A stretch of DNA of 64,000 nt, taken from the NCBI GenBank assembly GCA_004292675.1, contig RDXO01000020.1, forward strand, positions 7 through 64,006, given 5' to 3'. The notes below the pieces were generated by a model, which saw only the letters and a program-made list of their open reading frames with translations, did no database searches and was not told the DNA's origin. The position numbers and the translations under genes are program-made. Position 1 is the first letter of the stretch. Each line of letters begins with the position of its first letter. This DNA is from Alphaproteobacteria bacterium (GTDB taxonomy: Bacteria > Pseudomonadota > Alphaproteobacteria > Rickettsiales > UBA998). Positions 18,756-25,859 of this stretch are shown in pieces.

Positions 18756-19067
18756 TTATCCATCAATAATGGCAATACGATCATCAATATGCGCCAGACG
18801 TAATAAATCCCGAACCTTCCCTTGAGGGCGCATAAGACGCAAACCAATATTGAGCGATGTGCATGTTTTTTCTGTATAAAGCAACATGCCAAGCCCTGAA
18901 GAATCCATAAAATGTAATTGTTCCAGAGAAATTTCTAATTGTGATGGCTTCTGCTCGGTAATGTGCAGCAATTTTTCACGATAATGTTTGCTGTCATCAT
19001 AGGTGAAACTATTGCTTAGCGAAAGCACTGCAAGATTGGGGGAAAAAGAAGATAATACAATCGACAT
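18756..19067 (-). CDS. STAS-domain anti-sigma-factor antagonist (SpoIIAA/RsbV-like)
   Basis: 103 aa with the conserved phosphorylatable-serine motif FMDSSGLGML in a STAS-like context. Confidence 0.75.
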   Translation of the reverse strand: MSIVLSSFSPNLAVLSLSNSFTYDDSKHYREKLLHITEQKPSQLEISLEQLHFMDSSGLGMLLYTEKTCTSLNIGLRLMRPQGKVRDLLRLAHIDDRIAIIDG

Positions 19068-19102
19068 AAAAAAACACTACTCCAACTAATTTTCTTGAGT
19101 CC

Positions 19103-19166
19103 TATAGTGCTTCCAAATAATTGCTGTACGTGTTCTGTACAAAATTATTTGGATAAAAGCACTATA
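19103..19166. promoter_or_regulatory. Large imperfect palindrome in the divergent promoter region between the STAS and kinase genes
   Basis: The arms TATAGTGCTTCCAAATAATT and AATTATTTGGATAAAAGCACTATA are inverted. The centre TGTAC-GTGTTCT-GTACA is itself palindromic. Confidence 0.5.
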
Positions 19167-19262
19167 AAACCTATGAATCTAGTATAGCAAAAGAACATTA
19201 TCTTTTCCCTAATCAATTTATGGTTATATGCTATATCGATTAAATCAACCAGAGGATGTTTT

Positions 19263-19838
19263 ATGTCGCGTCATTCAGCACCATGTTCATCATCACTCAC
19301 GGAAGTAACCGCATACTCTACCTTAGACTCCAGATCGGATGTTAAAAATCCGCACTCAGGTCGGCTAATCCAGCGGGGAACTTTTCGTTTTCGCACCTTA
19401 GAAGAAAGCAAAAGCCTCGCTTTTTGGTTGGCACATAGCTATCCAGACCCCGAGCGTGCCACCTATGGACTGCACGAATTATTCACCAATGCTATTGAGC
19501 ATGGCAATTTAGATATTGGCTATCAACTGAAAAGCACCTTAGTAGAAGAACATCGTTGGGATAAAGAAATTGCACGTCGCCTTAATGATGCACGCTACGC
19601 GCATCGTTATGTTGAGGTGATCTTTGTCCATGATGATGAGGGCGTGCATGTGAGCATTATCGATCAAGGCAAAGGCTTTGCTTGGGATTCCTATTTAACG
19701 ATTGATCCAATGCGTATGGCGGATTTACACGGGCGTGGCATTGCCGTGGCTGCATTGATGTCTTTTGATCGCATCACCTATCATGGATTGGGCAATCACG
19801 TCACCACCTTTGTACATTCTCCAAAACACGAACATTAG
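19263..19838 (+). CDS. Anti-sigma regulatory factor / Ser-protein kinase (RsbW/SpoIIAB-like, HATPase_c)
   Basis: N box LHELFTNAIEHGN, G1 IDQGKGF, G2 GRGIA. Confidence 0.75.
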   Translation: MSRHSAPCSSSLTEVTAYSTLDSRSDVKNPHSGRLIQRGTFRFRTLEESKSLAFWLAHSYPDPERATYGLHELFTNAIEHGNLDIGYQLKSTLVEEHRWDKEIARRLNDARYAHRYVEVIFVHDDEGVHVSIIDQGKGFAWDSYLTIDPMRMADLHGRGIAVAALMSFDRITYHGLGNHVTTFVHSPKHEH

Positions 19839-19879
19839 TGCAGTACAGTTTTATAAATTTCTTACTATAGAGAACTTTC

Positions 19880-21055
19880 ATGACCAGATTATGCAATGAA
19901 GCCCCGATAGATTACAGCACGCAAACCATACTTATTGTGGACGATTCTCCGACATGTCGCGCATTATTGCGTGCCTTTTTTGAACAGGTTGGCTTTACCC
20001 ATATTGATGAAGCGATTGATGGAATGCAGGCGCTTGAAAAAATACACCAACACGCCCCTGATTTGCTTCTTGTGGATATGCATATGCCGCGCATGGATGG
20101 GCTTGCGCTGTGCCAATCTCTCTTTGATGATGGATTACATCACGATATTGCCATCATCATGATGTCACAATCGGTGGATATGCGCTTAAGAAGCCGTGCT
20201 TTTGAAACGGGCGTGATGGATTTCATCACCAAACCTCTTTATGAAACGGAAGTGATTGCCCGCACCTTAGCACATTTAGAAAGGCATTTGCTCAGCCGTA
20301 ATGTACAAATGCATTATCTTCGTTTGCAACAAGAAATAGATGATGCCTTAAAAGTACAACGCTTCTTACTCCCCACAGATGCATTAATCGCCAACATCTA
20401 TCAGCAGACCTCTATTGATGTCGCCTATCACCATCAACCCGCAAGCACCTTAGCAGGGGATTATCTTTCGATACGCAATTTAGGAAATGGAAAAATTATG
20501 CTTACCCTTGCTGATGTATCAGGGCATGGGATTGCAGCAGCACTTTATTCTTTTTCCATTCATGCCCTACTAAATCACGCCTTAGTAAGCAGTGAAGACC
20601 CTTCCGAGATTCTTTCCATATTAAATAAGCAACTTATCAACGTTATGACGGATACTTCCTTTGCAACCATGTGCATTGTGATAATTGATGGCACACATAA
20701 GCGTCTCACTTATGCGTCTGCTGCCTCACCTAAGCCCATATTAGTACGCTCTGATGGCACGATTCTCTCTCTTGAATCTACAGGAACGGTATTGGGAATG
20801 TTTGATGATGCACATTATCTTTCGGTGAACATAGAAAGCCATGCAGGAGATGTTTTGCTTCTTTATAGTGATACATTAGTTGAATCTATGCGCAGCAACG
20901 GCAATATGATTGAAGAACATGAAGTACATGCGGTGTTAGATAGCCATAAAGATGCCTCATCTTCTGCTATTATGAATGCAGTCTTGCAGCAATTCAGTGA
21001 CTATGATCTCGCCCATCTGCATGATGATTTAACCTTACTCGCGTGCAAACTATAA
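19880..21055 (+). CDS. Response-regulator receiver fused to a PP2C/SpoIIE-type phosphatase (RsbU-like)
   Basis: REC domain (ILIVDDS...DLLLVDMHMPRMDG...TKP) followed by PP2C motifs (AGDYLS, LADVSGHGIAAAL, YSDTLVE). Confidence 0.85.
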   Translation: MTRLCNEAPIDYSTQTILIVDDSPTCRALLRAFFEQVGFTHIDEAIDGMQALEKIHQHAPDLLLVDMHMPRMDGLALCQSLFDDGLHHDIAIIMMSQSVDMRLRSRAFETGVMDFITKPLYETEVIARTLAHLERHLLSRNVQMHYLRLQQEIDDALKVQRFLLPTDALIANIYQQTSIDVAYHHQPASTLAGDYLSIRNLGNGKIMLTLADVSGHGIAAALYSFSIHALLNHALVSSEDPSEILSILNKQLINVMTDTSFATMCIVIIDGTHKRLTYASAASPKPILVRSDGTILSLESTGTVLGMFDDAHYLSVNIESHAGDVLLLYSDTLVESMRSNGNMIEEHEVHAVLDSHKDASSSAIMNAVLQQFSDYDLAHLHDDLTLLACKL

Positions 21056-21062
21056 TGAATGT

Positions 21063-21150
21063 ACTGTGAGATTTTTGCATAAGTCTCAATTCTCGTCATA
21101 CCAGCGATCATAGGTTATTTTGGATTCCTGCCTTACGCTAAGAATGACTA
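21063..21150. repeat. Composite repeat: left copy of the direct repeat GAGATTTTTGCATAAGTCTC-AATT(C/T)TCGTCATAC plus a reverse-oriented family A unit
   Basis: 21068..21101 matches 22528..22561 with a few mismatches or an indel. 21090..21150 is the reverse complement of GTCATTCTTAGCGTAAGGCAGGAATCC..ATGATCGCTGGTATGACGAG. Confidence 0.75.
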
Positions 21151-21837
21151 TAGTGCATGAACGCGTTGCGCGTGCTGCACCTGCCCCTGATGTTGGGCAT
21201 TGGGGGTATCGTCAAGTGTGGTGGTGGGAATTCCAAAAGTTTCAGCTATCTTAGGTAGACCATATTTTAAGCTGAGGAGTCCAACTCCTAACGCTACAAG
21301 AGTTGAAGAATATACTCTGATTTTCAGGTCGTCGTTATTCGTCATGTTTGCTTTGTCAATCGCATCGGCAGATAATTTCAGCAAGACACAAGCGACAGAA
21401 CCCGAAGCCATACCTTTAATGCCTAGTTTTATATCTGAATATTGTTGTGGGACTAGGTTCGATTCAGGTGTATATTTTGGTATCATCAGATCTAAGCTGC
21501 CATCGATCAGTTTATGAATGCCCATGGCGCAAGCTGGGATTCCGACCAATGCCCCTGTTATCGCAGCAACTAATCCCATTGCCCGAGGAGCAGTGCATGG
21601 TAATGTGATTTCTGGAGTAATTTTATAGGCAGCGTAGCTACCCAAGAGCAGCGATGACCCGAGTGCGCTAAGATTCAGTGCATCATGGATGGGATTCGGC
21701 TTAGGTGATTCCTCTGTAACATTAGTGGAGGGGGCTGAATCCATGGATTTTTCTTGAGTAAAGCGTTTAATGAACAAAGCGTGGAATCTGCCATGAGAGG
21801 GAGGTTTTGGAATAATCCGAAAACCACCCCCCCTCAT
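21148..21837 (-). CDS. Hypothetical multi-TM membrane protein (candidate immunity partner)
   Basis: It has about four hydrophobic segments (LGSSLLLGSYAAY, MGLVAAITGALVGIPACAMG, ASGSVACVLLKL, LVALGVGLLSL). It lies 6 nt downstream of ORF 21844..22443. The real start may be the internal Met at 21744. Confidence 0.5.
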   Translation of the reverse strand: MRGGGFRIIPKPPSHGRFHALFIKRFTQEKSMDSAPSTNVTEESPKPNPIHDALNLSALGSSLLLGSYAAYKITPEITLPCTAPRAMGLVAAITGALVGIPACAMGIHKLIDGSLDLMIPKYTPESNLVPQQYSDIKLGIKGMASGSVACVLLKLSADAIDKANMTNNDDLKIRVYSSTLVALGVGLLSLKYGLPKIAETFGIPTTTLDDTPNAQHQGQVQHAQRVHAL

Positions 21838-21843
21838 ACAACG

Positions 21844-22443
21844 TTAGTTGCTTGAACCAGTCAAATATCCTTTGACTGCGTCAAAGGCATAATAGGCGAC
21901 TGCTCCGCCAGCAACCACAGCACCAACCACGATGATAGCACCAGAGGCAGTTATAGCTGCCGATGCAACTGTGCCAATGACACCGCTTGCGACAGAATAG
22001 CCACCAGCAGCAGCTACAGAGCTAACGCCGTAGGCTGCAACGTAACTTCCTGCACCAGCCATTGCGGTTTTTGCGCCGCCCGCCACATAATCGCCATTTT
22101 TGAAGTCGTATGCTGCGTCTTTTGCGGCAGTTGTTGCAAAAGTGATAGCAGCAGCTTGAACTCCAGCAGATTGCGTGGCTTTTGATGCAGCTTGTGCATA
22201 GTGATCTGCAGTGGGCTTGACAGAGATGGGTGAAATAACAGGAACGCCATCTTGCGAACTTGCAACATGAGGAGTGAGCATTTTTGCCACTTCTTTGTTG
22301 GTTTGCTCGCCCCATTTTTTGCCAAATTTGAGAGCAGCATCTTCAACTGTCAGCTCTTTCTTTTTGGAAGGATCGCCAGTCATTGCAGAAAGTTTGTCGT
22401 GTGACATAATGAAAAAGGGTGCTATGAACTTTATTAGAGTCAT
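21844..22443 (-). CDS. Hypothetical protein with a C-terminal Gly/Ala-rich glycine-zipper-like region
   Basis: The C-terminal ~90 aa are almost entirely G/A/S/V/Y (GGAKTAMAGAGSYVAAYGVSSVAAAGGYSVASGVIGTVASAAITASGAIIVVGAVVAGGAVAYY). The start codon is uncertain, with several in-frame Met. Confidence 0.5.
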   Translation of the reverse strand: MTLIKFIAPFFIMSHDKLSAMTGDPSKKKELTVEDAALKFGKKWGEQTNKEVAKMLTPHVASSQDGVPVISPISVKPTADHYAQAASKATQSAGVQAAAITFATTAAKDAAYDFKNGDYVAGGAKTAMAGAGSYVAAYGVSSVAAAGGYSVASGVIGTVASAAITASGAIIVVGAVVAGGAVAYYAFDAVKGYLTGSSN

Positions 22444-22470
22444 AGGAAACTAGGTATGCCTTATTTATAC

Positions 22471-22490
22471 TATCTATCTATCTATCTATC
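22471..22490. repeat. Tetranucleotide tandem repeat (TATC)5
   Basis: TATCTATCTATCTATCTATC lies about 30 nt upstream of the longest start of minus-strand ORF 21844..22443. Confidence 0.9.
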
Positions 22491-22527
22491 TTGTCAATGA
22501 TAAAAATATGACAATTATGTTACAGTG

Positions 22528-22595
22528 GAGATTTTTGCATAAGTCTCGAATTTCGTCATACTTGGCGTAAGGCGGGTATCCATAAACTACTATTA
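22528..22595. repeat. Composite repeat: right copy of the GAGATTTTTGCATAAGTCTC direct repeat plus a family A unit
   Basis: CATACTTGGCGTAAGGCGGGTATCCATAAACTACTATT recurs in inverted orientation at about 24495..24533. Confidence 0.75.
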
Positions 22596-22745
22596 TCACG
22601 TACTGTATCTTTTTGGCATGTTTTTAAGCTAAATCACTAGAATAACTAAGAGAAAAATCTATATTTTATTGACTTTATGTCCTCATTATTTATACGGTCA
22701 TTATGTTGTACTGTGCATCATGATCATATATTTTTCTCACTCTTT

Positions 22746-24440
22746 ATGAATTCTATCAAACTATCTTTGCTTGCTGCATTCTTATTTCTAAGTGTCGTTG
22801 GTGCAGCCTCTGCTAGTGCCATAGATAGTTCTGCGATCCCTAATCCTGCCGATATAGGACGCATTAAACCTGAAGAAAAAATGCTACGCTCGCGCCCTAA
22901 GGCACAAGCACGCGCTAAAGAAGCGGGCGGGCTTCCATCAGTACAAGCCCCTGAAGGTGCAGAGCATATTCGCTTTATCTTAAAAGACATCCATATTACA
23001 GGAACAACCATCTTCTCGCAAAAAGAATTAGAGCCCTTATTTGCTGATTATCGTACTACAGAAATATCCCTAAAAACTGCCTATGATATTGCCCATAAAA
23101 TAACCAAGCACTATCAAAATGCCGGTTATTTTTTATCAGTTGCCTATCTCCCTGATCAAGAAATTAGTGATGGTACGATAAAAATGCAGGTGGTTGAGGG
23201 GTATATTGCCGATGTTCATATGCCTAAATCCTTAGCGTCGTACAGTCTTATCAGCTCCTATGTGCATAATATTACACAACAACGTCCCTTACGCGCTAAA
23301 ACATTAGAAAGCCTTTTATTGCTTATCAATGATTTGCCGGGATTATCAGCGAAGGGTACGCTTTCTGAACTGAACGATGCACATGATGGCGGGGTAGAAC
23401 TTACCATCGAAACATCCGAAGAGCAGGGAACTGGACTTGTGAGTTTTGATAATTATTCTTCTCGTTTTTTGGGACCACATCAAGGTACGCTTTCTTATAC
23501 GGATAGCTTCATACCTTTTCACCAAACCAACATTTCGGGATTAATGAGTGCGCCAACGGATAAGTTAAAGTTTTTCTCGCTTGGTCATAATATTGCTATC
23601 ACACCTGATATAACCTTTGAATTTGCAGGAAATCATACGCAAGCAGCTCCGGGATTTACGCTTAAACCTTTTGAAATTGACAGTACGGCAAACTTCTTAA
23701 GTGGATCGTTTCGTTATCAATTTCTTCGTCAACGGGAACAAAATTTAGCATTACGTGTCAACCTAGATATGAGGAATACGACGACGGAATCGCTCAATAC
23801 GGAAATCGCCCAAGATCATATACGTGCCTTACGCCTTGCGGCAGAATATGACATGATCGATCATTGGGATGGATACACCATAATCAATGCTCAATTTTCT
23901 CAAGGTATTGGCGGGCTAGGATCAACGCCTGAAGGTGATACCAAATTATCGCGCCAGCAGGCATCTCCTGATTTTAGCAAAATTGAATTATCCGTCACAC
24001 GAATACAAGCCTTGAGTGATCAATGGTCATTTATCATCAGTGCCGCCTCACAAATAGCATCCGATCCGCTTTATTCTGCAGAAGAATTCGGATATGGCGG
24101 TCAAGGCTTTGGTCGTGCTTTTGATGCATCAGAAATTATTGGTGATAGTGGCGTATTAGGATCGTTAGAGCTTCGCTATAGCGAGTGGAAAGAGCCTAAG
24201 CCCGTTGGATTTGAGCCTTATGTATTTTATGATATGGGGCGCATTTGGAATAAGGATAGTGGGCAACCCGCCCGCGAATCAGGTTCTTCTATAGGCTTTG
24301 GTGTGCGTGCTACCACTGAATTCAACATGAGTGGCAATTTAGGGATAGCTTTTCCCGTGAATAGGGATGTTGTCACTCCTATTTATGGTGATAAAAATAA
24401 CCATCCACGTCTATTATTGGAAATCACGCATAGTTTCTAG
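22746..24440 (+). CDS. Two-partner-secretion outer-membrane transporter (TpsB; ShlB/FhaC/HecB family)
   Basis: Signal peptide MNSIKLSLLAAFLFLSVVGAASASA, a POTRA-type block (IRFILKDIHITGTTIFSQKELEPLF...YQNAGYFLSVAYLPDQEISDGTIKMQVVEGYI) and a beta-barrel ending in an aromatic residue (...EITHSF). The start is set at the internal Met; the ORF track starts at 22677. Confidence 0.85.
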   Translation: MNSIKLSLLAAFLFLSVVGAASASAIDSSAIPNPADIGRIKPEEKMLRSRPKAQARAKEAGGLPSVQAPEGAEHIRFILKDIHITGTTIFSQKELEPLFADYRTTEISLKTAYDIAHKITKHYQNAGYFLSVAYLPDQEISDGTIKMQVVEGYIADVHMPKSLASYSLISSYVHNITQQRPLRAKTLESLLLLINDLPGLSAKGTLSELNDAHDGGVELTIETSEEQGTGLVSFDNYSSRFLGPHQGTLSYTDSFIPFHQTNISGLMSAPTDKLKFFSLGHNIAITPDITFEFAGNHTQAAPGFTLKPFEIDSTANFLSGSFRYQFLRQREQNLALRVNLDMRNTTTESLNTEIAQDHIRALRLAAEYDMIDHWDGYTIINAQFSQGIGGLGSTPEGDTKLSRQQASPDFSKIELSVTRIQALSDQWSFIISAASQIASDPLYSAEEFGYGGQGFGRAFDASEIIGDSGVLGSLELRYSEWKEPKPVGFEPYVFYDMGRIWNKDSGQPARESGSSIGFGVRATTEFNMSGNLGIAFPVNRDVVTPIYGDKNNHPRLLLEITHSF

Positions 24441-24456
24441 GAGACTAATGTTATTA

Positions 24457-24533
24457 AATTTCGTCACTCCTGCGTAGGCAGGAGTCCAGTAACAATAGTC
24501 GTTTATGGATACCCGCCTTACGCCAAGTATGAA
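24457..24533. repeat. Family A intergenic repeat, two units, inverted relative to 22553..22595
   Basis: TTCGTCACTCCTGCGTAGGCAGGAGTCCAGTAACAATAGTCGTTTATGGATACCCGCCTTACGCCAAGTATG. Confidence 0.75.
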
Positions 24534-24623
24534 AAAAATCTAGCGTTATACGGAGGTTTATCTATAGTCGTTTGAAATATAGTGCTTTTACCATTATATG
24601 ATAAAAAATAATGATTACCATAA

Positions 24624-24700
24624 TGGTAGCGAAGGAGGGATTTGAACCCCCGACACGCGGATTATGATTCCGCTGCTCTGACCAACTGAGCTACTTCGCC
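24624..24700 (-). tRNA. tRNA with a CAU anticodon (elongator tRNA-Met, or a lysidine-modified tRNA-Ile2 type)
   Basis: The reverse complement folds as a cloverleaf: GGCGAAG-UA-GCUC-AGUUGGUCA-GAGC-A-GCGGA-AUCAUAA-UCCGC-GUGUC-GGGGG-UUCAAAU-CCCUC-CUUCGCU-A-CCA. CCA is encoded. It lacks the three G:C pairs of an initiator anticodon stem. Confidence 0.85.
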
Positions 24701-24749
24701 ATCTTACGTAACAGGAACATGCTTATAGCAAAATGTCTGTGCTTTGTCA

Positions 24750-25373
24750 TCAAAAAAATAGATGGGTGCGGATATAGTTATAGAGTACAGAACTACAATG
24801 TTCTACCTGATGGTGCGCCGTATCAAGAACAATTTCTGCATCATGCGGTATTTCATAAGGTGCTGAAATACCAGTAAAATCTTTTATTTCACCCAAGCGC
24901 GCCTTGCGATAAAGCCCTTTGACATCACGTTCTTCACATAATTCAACCGAGGCATTGACATGTACTAGGTGAAATTTATCCCCTGCAGCGTGGCGAGCGC
25001 GATTGCGATCTTCCTCATAAGGTGAAATGAACGCGCACAGCACAATAATTCCTGCATCTGCAAAAAGGGCGGCAACTTCACCGATGCGACGGATATTTTC
25101 ACTTCGATCATTCGGGGAAAATCCAAGATCACGATTCAATCCTTGACGTATATGATCCCCATCAAGCACATACACTTGGCATCCCTCATCGAATAATCGT
25201 TTCTGCACGATTTGTGCAAGTGTTGATTTGCCTGATCCTGAAAGCCCTGTAAACCATAATACACCACCTTGATGTTGATTTTTTTGTGTACGCATAGTAT
25301 AGCTTATGGATGATTGCGGTGGAATAGTGATGATATTTGTGTTCATTCCATGACTATTAGCGTAAAAAATCAT
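24750..25373 (-). CDS. cysC: Adenylyl-sulfate (APS) kinase
   Basis: GGVLWFTGLSGSGKSTLA P-loop, LDGDHIRQGLNRDLGFS and FISPY motifs. The true start may be an internal Met. Confidence 0.9.
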   Translation of the reverse strand: MIFYANSHGMNTNIITIPPQSSISYTMRTQKNQHQGGVLWFTGLSGSGKSTLAQIVQKRLFDEGCQVYVLDGDHIRQGLNRDLGFSPNDRSENIRRIGEVAALFADAGIIVLCAFISPYEEDRNRARHAAGDKFHLVHVNASVELCEERDVKGLYRKARLGEIKDFTGISAPYEIPHDAEIVLDTAHHQVEHCSSVLYNYIRTHLFF

Positions 25374-25415
25374 TTAGGACAATGATAATTTTGTGTATTA
25401 TTTGTCTATGATACC

Positions 25416-25856
25416 ATGTTTACAGGTATAATCATGGTTATGAGTGAGTCTGCTTTTCTTATCGATATTTTTTTTGAGCATATTGCCCGAGCAAGCATTG
25501 TACCGTTTGTCTCAAGTGTGACCTTAGAAGCCATGTATTTATTTGGTGGATATGCCTTGCTAAAACCAATTTTTGCAGGGATAGCAGGTATGATCTGTGG
25601 TTGTTTAACATCATGGTGTTTTGGTTGTGGTTTGCGTCGATTATATTATCGTTGGAAATCCATAGATGATGCTCTATTTTTGAAGCTGAACGGTGCGATG
25701 CATCATTATGGGTGGGTGGCAGCGATTTTATTTCCTTTGCCCTTAGCGACGCTTATTATCGTTGTGTTGGGCTTTTTTCAGGTCTCCTTGGTGCGTGTGG
25801 GAATAATGGTACTTTTTGGGGCTATCATCTCCATGAAAACATTTTTTCTTGCATGA
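25416..25856 (+). CDS. Small inner-membrane protein (YqaA/DedA-like?)
   Basis: 146 aa with four hydrophobic segments. The family assignment is tentative. Confidence 0.4.
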   Translation: MFTGIIMVMSESAFLIDIFFEHIARASIVPFVSSVTLEAMYLFGGYALLKPIFAGIAGMICGCLTSWCFGCGLRRLYYRWKSIDDALFLKLNGAMHHYGWVAAILFPLPLATLIIVVLGFFQVSLVRVGIMVLFGAIISMKTFFLA

Positions 25857-25859
25857 ATG

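Noticed and set aside
629-22490. Tandem repeats (GAGCTA)n and (TATC)5 considered as possible CRISPR arrays.
   Set aside because: The units are 4-6 nt with no spacers, so these are microsatellites. No CRISPR-like repeat-spacer array or cas gene is visible anywhere in the window.
24441-24749. A prophage or integrative-element boundary at the tRNA(CAU) gene.
   Set aside because: No integrase, excisionase or phage genes are present, and I could find no direct repeat of the tRNA 3' end. Only small family A repeats are present, so I report a repeat-bounded mosaic rather than an integrated element.
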